Assembly (NCBI GenBank): GCA_902558705.1
Contig: CACEEW010000002.1
Location: 12,547 to 76,546, forward strand
Reading direction: 5' to 3'
Length of the DNA stretch: 64,000 nt
DNA from: an uncultured Pelagibacteraceae bacterium
GTDB taxonomy: Bacteria > Pseudomonadota > Alphaproteobacteria > Pelagibacterales > Pelagibacteraceae
The notes beneath the pieces are model-generated. The model searched no databases, was not told the DNA's origin, and saw nothing but the letters and a program-made list of their open reading frames with translations. A program made the position numbers and the translations under genes. Positions 53,042 to 61,800 of the stretch are shown piece by piece. Position 1 is the stretch's first letter. Each line of letters starts with the position of its first letter.

Positions 53042-53703
53042 TGAAAATTAATTATGCAGCGTTAGAAAAAAAGATTAAATGTAATTTTAAAAATAAAGAT
53101 TTATTAATTAAATCTCTTACACATAAAAGTTTTAATAAAAATAATAATTATGAAAAATTAGAGTTTTTAGGAGATAGAGTATTAGGTCTTATAATTGCTA
53201 AAAAACTATTAGAAATTTATCCTAATGAGAGAGAAGGTATTTTAGATAAAAAATTTGCCTCATTAGTGAACAAAAAGACTTGTTTAGAAATTGCCAAAAA
53301 AATAGATTTACAGAAATATGTTTTAACATTTAACGTTAAAAATAGAAAAAATTTGATTGAGGATAAAGTGCTTGCAGATTGTTGTGAAGCCCTTTTAGGA
53401 TCTATTTATCTAGATAAGGGATTTATTATAGTTGAAAGAGTTATACTAAACTTATGGTCTAGTAATATAAAAGATAGTGTTGTTACTCAAATTGATGCTA
53501 AGACTAAATTACAAGAATTTTCTTTAAAACGTTATAAAAGATTACCAATATATAAACTTATTTCAAACTCAGGTCCGAGGCATATGCCAATTTTTAAAGT
53601 AGCTGTAAAATTACAAGATACAAAATTCTATACTGCTCAAGGAAAATCAAAAAAAGATGCTGAACAAAATGCTGCTATATTATGTTTACAAAATATTAAA
53701 TAG
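53041..53703 (+). CDS. rnc: Ribonuclease III
   Basis: EKLEFLGDRVL, AD..EALLG.IYLD.G, dsRBD DAKTKLQE..SKKDAEQ. Confidence 0.97.
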   Translation: MKINYAALEKKIKCNFKNKDLLIKSLTHKSFNKNNNYEKLEFLGDRVLGLIIAKKLLEIYPNEREGILDKKFASLVNKKTCLEIAKKIDLQKYVLTFNVKNRKNLIEDKVLADCCEALLGSIYLDKGFIIVERVILNLWSSNIKDSVVTQIDAKTKLQEFSLKRYKRLPIYKLISNSGPRHMPIFKVAVKLQDTKFYTAQGKSKKDAEQNAAILCLQNIK

Positions 53704-53705
53704 TT

Positions 53706-54386
53706 ATGATTTGGGACGATAAAGGATATCTATTATCAAAAAATAAATATAGTGAAAATTCAATTATATCAGAAGTTTTCACTAAAGATCATGGTAAAGT
53801 TTCAGGTATTATTTTTGGTGGAACTTCAAAAAAAATTAAAAACTATCTACAAATTGGAAATAAGATTCACGTTAATTTCAATTCAAAAAATGATAATAAA
53901 CTTGGTTATTTTAAAGTTGAAATACAACAGGCTTTATCACCATTGTATTTTGATAATCAAAAGAAACTATCTTGTATAACGTCTGCTATGAATTTAATTA
54001 AAATTTTAACTGCTGAAAATCAAAAAAATATAAATATATATGAATTAATAAAAAATTTTTATTTATTGCTTGATAAAGATAATTGGATCAAAAGATATAT
54101 TTTTTGGGAATTAGAATTATTTAAAGTTCTTGGATATGATTTAGAATTAAAAAATTTAGTTGATAAAGAAGTTGTTGGAGATAAACTTCAATACATTTCT
54201 AAATCAAATACTAACAAGAAGATAATTCCCAATTTTTTAATTGAAAAAAATGAAGAACCTGTTGACCTAACTAATCTCAAAAAAGGATTATTTTTGATAG
54301 GTGACTATTTGGAAAAAACCATCCTCAAACCCAATAATCTTTCTCAACCTATTAGTAGGTTGAATTTTATAAACAGTCTTAAATAA
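53706..54386 (+). CDS. recO: DNA repair protein RecO
   Basis: W.D.GY.L....SENS.I..FT..HG, WELEL...LGY.L; conserved position after rnc. Confidence 0.9.
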   Translation: MIWDDKGYLLSKNKYSENSIISEVFTKDHGKVSGIIFGGTSKKIKNYLQIGNKIHVNFNSKNDNKLGYFKVEIQQALSPLYFDNQKKLSCITSAMNLIKILTAENQKNINIYELIKNFYLLLDKDNWIKRYIFWELELFKVLGYDLELKNLVDKEVVGDKLQYISKSNTNKKIIPNFLIEKNEEPVDLTNLKKGLFLIGDYLEKTILKPNNLSQPISRLNFINSLK

Positions 54387-55376
54387 TTATTTTAAGATGG
54401 TATCTAATCTGTCAGCGTAGTAGCTTACAATAGCATTAGCACCGGCCCTTTTAAACGCAATTAAACTCTCTATTACTATATCATTATTAGTTAAACCCTT
54501 TTTAATACCATTTTCTAAAAGACTGTACTCTCCTGAAACTTGATAAGCCATAACTGGTATTTTAAAATTTTCTTTAACTAATTTGATTATGTCAAGGTAA
54601 GGTAGGCCAGGTTTAACCATTACCATGTCAGCTCCTTCTTTAATGTCTAATGCTACTTCTCTAAGAGCTTCATTACTATTTCTGAAATCCATTTGATAAT
54701 TTTTCTTACTACTCTTAAGTAGACCCTTAGTTCCTACTGCATCGCGAAAAGGTCCATAAAAACTTGATGCATATTTTACTGCATAAGATAAAATTTGAGT
54801 CATCTTAAATCCGTTCTTGTCTAATGCTTTTCTAATTTCACCAATTCGACCGTCCATCATATCTGATGGAGCAAGAACATCACATCCCATCTGAGCTTGT
54901 AGTAAAGATTGATCTATCAAAATTTTAATTGTTTCATCATTAAGAACATAATCTTTTTTTAATAATCCATCATGTCCATGAGATGTATATGGATCTAAAG
55001 CAACATCACACATTATTCCAATTTGACTCTTATATCTTTTTTTTATTAATTTTAATGCTTTACAAACTAAATTGTCTTCGTTTAATGCTTCGGCACCAAT
55101 AAAATTTTTCTTTTTTTTTTCGGTATAAGGAAACAAAGCTATCATTGGAAGGCCTTTTTTAATTGCTTTGTCTACAACAGGATTAATCTTATCCAATGTA
55201 TATCGATAAACACCAGGCATTGATTTAATCTCTTGTTTTTTATTTTTCCCATCAATCAAAAAAATTGGTAATATAAAATCATTATAGGTCAAATTATTTT
55301 CTTCGATTAGTCTTCTAGACCAATCGTTTTTTCGACTTCTTCTAAGTCTTAATCCTGGATATTTACCTGTAATCAT
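54387..55376 (-). CDS. hemB: Porphobilinogen synthase (Asp-rich, Zn-independent type)
   Basis: DVALDPYTSHGHDG, PSDMMDGR, KYASSFYGPFRDA, MVKP, YQVSGEY. Confidence 0.98.
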   Translation of the reverse strand: MITGKYPGLRLRRSRKNDWSRRLIEENNLTYNDFILPIFLIDGKNKKQEIKSMPGVYRYTLDKINPVVDKAIKKGLPMIALFPYTEKKKKNFIGAEALNEDNLVCKALKLIKKRYKSQIGIMCDVALDPYTSHGHDGLLKKDYVLNDETIKILIDQSLLQAQMGCDVLAPSDMMDGRIGEIRKALDKNGFKMTQILSYAVKYASSFYGPFRDAVGTKGLLKSSKKNYQMDFRNSNEALREVALDIKEGADMVMVKPGLPYLDIIKLVKENFKIPVMAYQVSGEYSLLENGIKKGLTNNDIVIESLIAFKRAGANAIVSYYADRLDTILK

Positions 55377-55407
55377 TTTTTAAATATATTTATAATATGC
55401 GACAAAT

Positions 55408-55425
55408 GTTATATACAAATATAAC
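55408..55425. repeat. Perfect 7-bp inverted repeat GTTATAT-ACAA-ATATAAC (candidate operator)
   Basis: Lies in the 73-bp divergent hemB/oxygenase gap, directly after GCGACAAAT (55399-407). Confidence 0.5.
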
Positions 55426-55449
55426 TTAAAAAAGATATTAAACAATCTT

Positions 55450-56040
55450 ATGGAACTAAATTTTAACGACTTTCAAAGACAGGATGTCAAATTTGACATT
55501 AATGAACTTCAGAAAGCTTATAAAGAGATACTTAAAATAAAAAGCTTTAGTGGAGTAGAAGGTGTTTCAAATTTTGGGGCAATATCTTTAACCCAAATAC
55601 CCGGAGACCCTGATTCAATTAAAGGAAATAAAGCCAGAGGGGTTTTTTGGACTAAGCCTGACAAAAGTGGAAAGGAAGTTGTAAGAGATCAAAAAATTGA
55701 TGAAGCTGCTTATTCAGAATTTATTGATGAATACAAGGATACATATTTTAAAGAAGTTTTTGAAACTTTATCATCTAAGTATAAATTGGGTAGGGTAAGA
55801 ATTTTATTAAAAGAACCTCGATCCACTCTAAGTTGGCACAGAGATCCTGAACCAAGATTACACATTCCTATAATTACTAATCCTGGAGCTATTATGGTTG
55901 TAGATCATGTTGCAAAACATATGCCAGCAGATGGATCTGTTTGGATTACAAATAATACAAAATATCATAATGCATTTAATGGTGGTGAAGAAAATAGAAT
56001 TCACCTAGTTGCATGTGTGTTAGATTATAAATTTAATTAA
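55450..56040 (+). CDS. Uncharacterised 2OG-Fe(II) oxygenase (Asp/Asn beta-hydroxylase or proline-hydroxylase-like DSBH)
   Basis: Facial triad WHRD ... YHNAFN, putative 2OG-binding R in NRIHLV, RLHIPIITNP strand. Confidence 0.78.
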   Translation: MELNFNDFQRQDVKFDINELQKAYKEILKIKSFSGVEGVSNFGAISLTQIPGDPDSIKGNKARGVFWTKPDKSGKEVVRDQKIDEAAYSEFIDEYKDTYFKEVFETLSSKYKLGRVRILLKEPRSTLSWHRDPEPRLHIPIITNPGAIMVVDHVAKHMPADGSVWITNNTKYHNAFNGGEENRIHLVACVLDYKFN

Positions 56041-56041
56041 A

Positions 56042-56467
56042 TTGAAAAAGATATTTATTTCATCAGATCATGCAGGCTTTAATTTAAAAGAGCAAATTAA
56101 GAAAAAGTTTTCAAAAAAATTTCTATTTCAAGATATGGGTACTGATGATTCTAAAAGATCAGTTAATTATCCAGATTATGCACATAAACTTTCCAAAAAA
56201 GTATCCAATAATAGCAAAAATATAGGTATTTTGGTTTGTGGTTCTGGTATGGGAATGTCAATGGCGGCAAACAAGCATAAAAAAATTAGGGCAGCTGTGT
56301 GTTATTCAGTTAAAAATGCAAAATTATCTAGATTGCATAACAATGCAAATATTATTACATTAGGATCTAGATTAACAAAAAAAAATATTGCCTTTAAATG
56401 TATTGAAGTTTTTGTTAATACTAAGTTTGAAGGTGGTAGACACAAAAAAAGAGTAAAAAAAATATAA
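56042..56467 (+). CDS. rpiB: Ribose-5-phosphate isomerase B
   Basis: SDHAG, NYPDYA, CGSGMG, R.HNNAN, FEGGRH..RV; TTG start. Confidence 0.96.
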   Translation: MKKIFISSDHAGFNLKEQIKKKFSKKFLFQDMGTDDSKRSVNYPDYAHKLSKKVSNNSKNIGILVCGSGMGMSMAANKHKKIRAAVCYSVKNAKLSRLHNNANIITLGSRLTKKNIAFKCIEVFVNTKFEGGRHKKRVKKI

Positions 56468-56472
56468 AAGAT

Positions 56473-57786
56473 ATGTCAAGTGAAACTAAATATTTGAATT
56501 CTGAGTATAAAGATTTTTTTGAAAGAAGTCTTTCTGAAGCTGATCCTGCTTTATTTAAAGCTATTAATGATGAATTAGTAAGACAACAAAATCACATCGA
56601 ACTTATTGCATCAGAAAATATTGTATCTCAAGCAGTGCTAGAGGCTCAAGGCTCAGTGCTTACAAATAAGTATGCAGAAGGTTATCCTGGTAAAAGATAT
56701 TACAATGGATGTGAGCATGTTGATGTTGCAGAACAATTAGCTTTAGAAAGAATAAAAAAATTATTCAATTGTAAATATGCTAACGTACAACCACACTCGG
56801 GTGCTCAAGCTAATGGCGCAGTTTTTTTAGCTTTGTTGAAACCTAATGATACATTTATGGGTATGAGCTTAAATTCAGGTGGTCACATAACTCATGGTTT
56901 AAAAATCTCTATGTCTGGAAAGTGGTTTAATGCAATAAACTATGATGTTGATAAAGAATCTGAATTAATCGATTATGATAATGTTGAAAAATTAGCTTTA
57001 GAGCACAAACCAAAACTTATTATTGCCGGAGGTAGTGCTTATTCAAGAGTTATTGATTTTAAAAGATTTAGAGAAATTGCAGATAAGGTTAGAGCTTATT
57101 TTATGGTTGACATGGCACATTTCTCTGGATTAGTTGCTGGTAAAGGGTATCCAAATCCTTGTGATTATGCGCATGTTGTAACTTCAACTACACATAAAGT
57201 TTTTAGAAGTGCAAGAGGTGGAATAATTTTATCTAATGACGAAGAATTAGGAAAAAAATTTAATACAGCTGTTTTTCCTGGTTATCAAGGTGGACCATTG
57301 ATGCATGTTATTGCAGCTAAAGCAGCTGGGTTTTTTGAGGCATTAAAACCAGAATTTCAAACTTATATTAAAAATGTTTTAGCTAATGCTAAAATGTTGG
57401 CTGAGACATTAAAAAATAATGGTTTTAAAATTTATTCAGGAGGAACCGATACTCATTTAATGTTAGTAGATTTAAGACCATTTAATGTTAAAGGAAATTT
57501 AGCATCTGAAAGTTTAAGTAGAGCCAACATAACATGTAATAAAAATGGAATACCATTTGATACAGAAAAACCAATGATCACTTCTGGCATTAGATTAGGC
57601 TCTCAAGCTGCAACAACAAGAGGTTTTGGTTTAAAAGAATTTGAAAAAGTAGGTGAATTAATAACCAAAGTTATAAAAGGTTTATCCGAAAATCCTGAAG
57701 ATAACAGCAAAATAGAAGAAGAAGTTAGAAATGAAGTGGTTAATTTGTGTTCAAATTTTCCAATTTATAAAAACTTGAATAAATGA
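56473..57786 (+). CDS. glyA: Serine hydroxymethyltransferase
   Basis: [26 protein letters not shown] (PLP lysine), QGGPL.H. Confidence 0.98.
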   Translation: MSSETKYLNSEYKDFFERSLSEADPALFKAINDELVRQQNHIELIASENIVSQAVLEAQGSVLTNKYAEGYPGKRYYNGCEHVDVAEQLALERIKKLFNCKYANVQPHSGAQANGAVFLALLKPNDTFMGMSLNSGGHITHGLKISMSGKWFNAINYDVDKESELIDYDNVEKLALEHKPKLIIAGGSAYSRVIDFKRFREIADKVRAYFMVDMAHFSGLVAGKGYPNPCDYAHVVTSTTHKVFRSARGGIILSNDEELGKKFNTAVFPGYQGGPLMHVIAAKAAGFFEALKPEFQTYIKNVLANAKMLAETLKNNGFKIYSGGTDTHLMLVDLRPFNVKGNLASESLSRANITCNKNGIPFDTEKPMITSGIRLGSQAATTRGFGLKEFEKVGELITKVIKGLSENPEDNSKIEEEVRNEVVNLCSNFPIYKNLNK

Positions 57787-58241
57787 TTTGCCCCTGTGAA
57801 AAAAAAGGTGAGACCTCAGTTGTAGACTCCCGGCCGACTGAGGATGGTACAGCAATACGTAGAAGAAGGTTATGTGCTTGTGGTGAACGATTTACTACTT
57901 TCGAAAGAATTCAATATAGAGAATTAATGGTTGTTAAAAAAAATGGAAGAAAATCTGCTTTTGATAGAGATAAATTATCTAAATCAATCTATATAGCTTT
58001 AAAAAAAAGGCCTTTAGACACGGAAACAATTGAAAAATTCATAAGTAAAGTATCTAGAGCACTTGAGGAACTTGGACAAAATGAAATATCAACAACTACA
58101 ATTGGAACAATGGTTATGGAAGGCTTAAAAGAATTAGATCCAGTTGCTTATGTTAGATTTGCTTCAGTTTATCGAAACTTTAGAGAAGAAAAGGATTTTG
58201 TACAATTTGTGGACAAAATAGATGTCTTCAAAAAAAGATAG
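57783..58241 (+). CDS. nrdR: Transcriptional repressor NrdR
   Basis: VVDSR..IRRRR, RFTTFE, ATP cone [21 protein letters not shown]. Confidence 0.97.
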   Translation: MICPCEKKGETSVVDSRPTEDGTAIRRRRLCACGERFTTFERIQYRELMVVKKNGRKSAFDRDKLSKSIYIALKKRPLDTETIEKFISKVSRALEELGQNEISTTTIGTMVMEGLKELDPVAYVRFASVYRNFREEKDFVQFVDKIDVFKKR

Positions 58242-59328
58242 ATTTTCATCGAAAGACAAGGATTATATGAAACTTGCTATTAATTTAGCAAGATCACGCA
58301 AAGGCTTAACGGGAGACAACCCATCTGTTGGCTGCCTAATTGTAAAAAATGATACAATTATTTCTATTGGTCAGACAGGATACAATGGTAGGCCACACGC
58401 TGAACATAGCGCAATAAAAAATTCATTTGAAAAATTAAAAGGTTCAAAAATGTATGTAACACTTGAGCCTTGTAATCACTATGGAAAAACCCCACCTTGT
58501 ACAAAAAATATAATTAAAAGTGGTATTAGTGAATTAATTTATTCAATGGAGGATATCGATAAAAGAGTAAAAGGAAAGAGTTTTAAGATTTTATCAAGTA
58601 AAAAGATTAAAGTTAAGAGAGGTCTCCTAAAAGAAGATGCAAAAAATCTTTATGACTCTTACATTAAAAATCGAACTAGCAAATTACCTTATGTTACAGC
58701 TAAAATTGCAGTTTCGAAAAATAAATTGATTTATAGTAAAGGCACTAAAAAAATAACTGCTAAGAATTCAGATAAGATTACCCATTACTTACGTTATAAG
58801 AATGATTCAATAATGATTTCAAGTAAAACCCTAAATATAGATAATCCAAAGTTAACTTGTAGATTAAAAGGTTACGAAAAATTTTCACCAAAAAGAATAA
58901 TTCTAGATAAAAATTTAGATATTAAGTTAAAAAGCTATATTTTTAAATCAGCAAAAAAGGGTAATACAATTATTTTTTATAATTTATCTAATACTAAAAA
59001 GATTAAAGTTTTAAAAAGAAAAGGATTAATTTTGATTAAAACAAAATTAAATAGTGAAGGATTACTAGACTTGAAGATAGTTTTAAAAAAGTTATTCAAA
59101 CTAGGCACAAGAAGTTTACTTGTGGAAGGTGGTGATAAAATATCAAAAAACTTAATAAAAGATAGACTTATTGATACATTCTATTTATTTCAAAGTCCTA
59201 AAATTTTAAGAATAAATAAAATAAATCAGAGTTTTACTTCATTTGAAATTTTAAATGGTAAATATAAGAAAGTATCTAGAATTACATCTAAACTAGCCAA
59301 AGATAAAATTACAATCTATAAAAGATAA
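58222..59328 (+). CDS. ribD: Riboflavin biosynthesis deaminase/reductase RibD
   Basis: [23 protein letters not shown]; reductase half with DNP.LTCR and LVEGG. Confidence 0.95.
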   Translation: MSSKKDRFSSKDKDYMKLAINLARSRKGLTGDNPSVGCLIVKNDTIISIGQTGYNGRPHAEHSAIKNSFEKLKGSKMYVTLEPCNHYGKTPPCTKNIIKSGISELIYSMEDIDKRVKGKSFKILSSKKIKVKRGLLKEDAKNLYDSYIKNRTSKLPYVTAKIAVSKNKLIYSKGTKKITAKNSDKITHYLRYKNDSIMISSKTLNIDNPKLTCRLKGYEKFSPKRIILDKNLDIKLKSYIFKSAKKGNTIIFYNLSNTKKIKVLKRKGLILIKTKLNSEGLLDLKIVLKKLFKLGTRSLLVEGGDKISKNLIKDRLIDTFYLFQSPKILRINKINQSFTSFEILNGKYKKVSRITSKLAKDKITIYKR

Positions 59329-59329
59329 A

Positions 59330-59923
59330 ATGTTTAACGGAATAATATTTAATAAAGGTTTCATTAAGAAAATATCTAAAAGATCAAAAGGTATTAATAT
59401 TTTTGTGAAATCAGACCTTAAATTGAATTCTAAAGATATTGGAGTTTCTATTGCATGTGATGGGGTTTGTTTAACGTTAATAAAAATTCAAAATAAAATT
59501 ATGGAATTTTATCTCTCTAATGAAACTGTTAAAAGATCAAAATTTAAGTATCTAAAGGTTAATGATGTAATAAATTTAGAACTACCTCTTAAGTATGGTC
59601 AAAAGATTTCAGGCCATATATGTCAGGGACATATTGATACAACTGGTAAAACTTTAAGTGTAAAAAAAGTTGATAAATCTTATATTTTTGACTTTGAAAT
59701 TAATTCAAAAGAAAGAAAAAATATTATTGAAAAAGCTTCAATATGTATAAACGGTATTTCATTAACCATTTCTAAAAAAACAAAAAAAGGTTTTCAAATT
59801 TGGGTAATTCCTCATACTTTCAAATTAACCAATTTATCAAAGGTTAAAAAAGATAGTCTTGTAAATATAGAAATAGATATTCTTTCAAAATACGTTAAAA
59901 ATTTTTTCAATGCTAAAAAGTAA
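59330..59923 (+). CDS. ribE: Riboflavin synthase (alpha chain)
   Basis: MFNGII, SIACDGVCLT, GH..QGHID, NGISLT, IPHT, VNIEID. Confidence 0.95.
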   Translation: MFNGIIFNKGFIKKISKRSKGINIFVKSDLKLNSKDIGVSIACDGVCLTLIKIQNKIMEFYLSNETVKRSKFKYLKVNDVINLELPLKYGQKISGHICQGHIDTTGKTLSVKKVDKSYIFDFEINSKERKNIIEKASICINGISLTISKKTKKGFQIWVIPHTFKLTNLSKVKKDSLVNIEIDILSKYVKNFFNAKK

Positions 59924-61010
59924 TTATTCATCAATAGAAACAATTATTAAAATTGCTAAAAAGGGTGGGATGTTCATCTTAGTTGATGACGAAAAAAGAG
60001 AAAATGAAGGAGATCTAGTAATTTCAACTAGTGATACAAATTCAAAGAATATTAATTTTATGGCTAAATTTGGAAGAGGATTAATTTGTCTAGCATTGGA
60101 TAGTTTGCAAGCAAAGAGATTAAATTTATCACTCATGTCTCCGATTAATCAATCTAGAAACAAAACTGCCTTTACAATATCTATTGAAGCAAAAAAAGGA
60201 ATTACAACAGGTATTTCAGCAAAAGATCGAGCTAGAACTATAAGGATTGCATCCAAAAAAAATGTAAATAAGAGAGATATTGTTTCACCAGGTCATGTTT
60301 TTCCAATTATTGCAAAAGATGGCGGGGTACTTGTTAGAGCAGGGCACACTGAGGCTTCTGTAGATATTTCTAAATTAGCAAAAAAAAATAATTCTGCAGT
60401 TATCTGTGAAATAATGAATGAAGATGGTACAATGGCTAAAGGTCAAGATCTATTTAACTTTGCCAATAAACACAAATTAAAGATTGGAAAAATTGAAGAT
60501 TTAATTTCTTATCGTTTAAAAAAAGAAAAATTAATAAAACTTAAAAAATCCTCTTATATTAAAGTTAAAAATCAAAATTATAAGATAAAGATATATGAAA
60601 ATTTGCTCGATGGCTCAGAACATTTTGCTTTGGTAAAAGGAAATATCAAAAAAGGTACTATTCCTAGAGTAAGAGTTATTTCTTCTAACGTAGTACATAA
60701 CTATTTAATTAATCAAGAATTGCCTAATTCATTTAATAAGACTTTAAATTACTTTAAAAAGTTTAGTAATTGTATTTTGGTTTTTATTAAAGACACAAAC
60801 CTTAAGTCGGTCACTCAAACTCTTAAAGATTATAAGAATAAAGATTTTTATAAAAAAGGTAATGATAAATTAATAAGAAATTATGGGATTGGAGCTCAAA
60901 TAATTAAAGATTTAAAAGTTAAAAAAATGATATTAATTACAAAATCACCAAAAAAGGTTATTGGTTTAGAGGGTTATGATATAAAGATAACTAAACAAGA
61001 GTTAATTTGA
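59910..61010 (+). CDS. ribB: DHBP synthase fused to a degenerate GTP cyclohydrolase II domain (RibBX type)
   Basis: [37 protein letters not shown]; C-domain keeps YGIGAQI but lacks the Cys Zn ligands. Confidence 0.93.
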   Translation: MLKSNYSSIETIIKIAKKGGMFILVDDEKRENEGDLVISTSDTNSKNINFMAKFGRGLICLALDSLQAKRLNLSLMSPINQSRNKTAFTISIEAKKGITTGISAKDRARTIRIASKKNVNKRDIVSPGHVFPIIAKDGGVLVRAGHTEASVDISKLAKKNNSAVICEIMNEDGTMAKGQDLFNFANKHKLKIGKIEDLISYRLKKEKLIKLKKSSYIKVKNQNYKIKIYENLLDGSEHFALVKGNIKKGTIPRVRVISSNVVHNYLINQELPNSFNKTLNYFKKFSNCILVFIKDTNLKSVTQTLKDYKNKDFYKKGNDKLIRNYGIGAQIIKDLKVKKMILITKSPKKVIGLEGYDIKITKQELI

Positions 61011-61399
61011 TGAATAAAAATTTTTTAATAGTAAATGCTAATTATTATAAGGACATATCAAGTGGTTTATTAAAAAGTGCCACAAATTTACTGCCTAAAA
61101 ATTCAAAAGTAAAAATTATAAATGTTCCTGGAGTGTTTGAAATTCCAGTTACAATCTCAAAAAATATAAAAAAATACGATGGGTTCATTGCACTTGGATG
61201 TGTAATAAAAGGACAAACTCCACATTTCGACTTTATTTCACAAGCATCTACAGATGCAATTATGAAAATGTCTATCAATTCAAAAAAACCAATTGGTAAT
61301 GGTATAATAACTTGCTTAAATATGAAGCAAGCAAAAGCTAGAAAAAAAAAGGGTGCTGAAGCTGCTAATGCCGTTTTGTCAGTTTTATCACAAAAATGA
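61007..61399 (+). CDS. ribH: Lumazine synthase
   Basis: VPGVFEIP, ALGCVIKGQTPHFDFI, PIGNGIIT, KG.EAA. Confidence 0.96.
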   Translation: MMNKNFLIVNANYYKDISSGLLKSATNLLPKNSKVKIINVPGVFEIPVTISKNIKKYDGFIALGCVIKGQTPHFDFISQASTDAIMKMSINSKKPIGNGIITCLNMKQAKARKKKGAEAANAVLSVLSQK

Positions 61400-61800
61400 A
61401 AACCTCATTTAGTCCTAAAAATAATCCTAGAGTTATAATTATTCAAAAATTATATGGTAAATTTTATAATGATGATGAACAACTAACCTATCCAAAACAT
61501 AGGTTTAAAAAATTTATTAAAGATATTGTTTCAGGCACCATTGAGCGTAATGATATAATCCTTGAAGAATTAGAAAAAAATTTAGGAGAAAAATTTTCTT
61601 TAAATAATTTAGATAAATTATTTCAGGTTATTTTAAAGTCAGCTACTTATGAGTTTTTATATAAACCAAATTTATCTATGAAAATTATAATTAAAGAATA
61701 TCTCGATGCTTCAAACTTTTTCATAGATGACTCTCAAACAAAATACTTAAATGCTTTATTAGATAATATTGCTAAAAAATTAAGATCCTCTAATGCATGA
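61396..61800 (+). CDS. nusB: Transcription antitermination factor NusB (divergent)
   Basis: R..IIQ.LY, LD....IL..ATYE, IIIKEY, YLNALLD; conserved ribH-nusB-thiL order. Confidence 0.85.
   Translation: MKTSFSPKNNPRVIIIQKLYGKFYNDDEQLTYPKHRFKKFIKDIVSGTIERNDIILEELEKNLGEKFSLNNLDKLFQVILKSATYEFLYKPNLSMKIIIKEYLDASNFFIDDSQTKYLNALLDNIAKKLRSSNA

Noticed and set aside
56468-58222. Glycine riboswitch before glyA or FMN riboswitch before ribD
   Set aside because: No space: 5-nt gap before glyA, and ribD overlaps nrdR.
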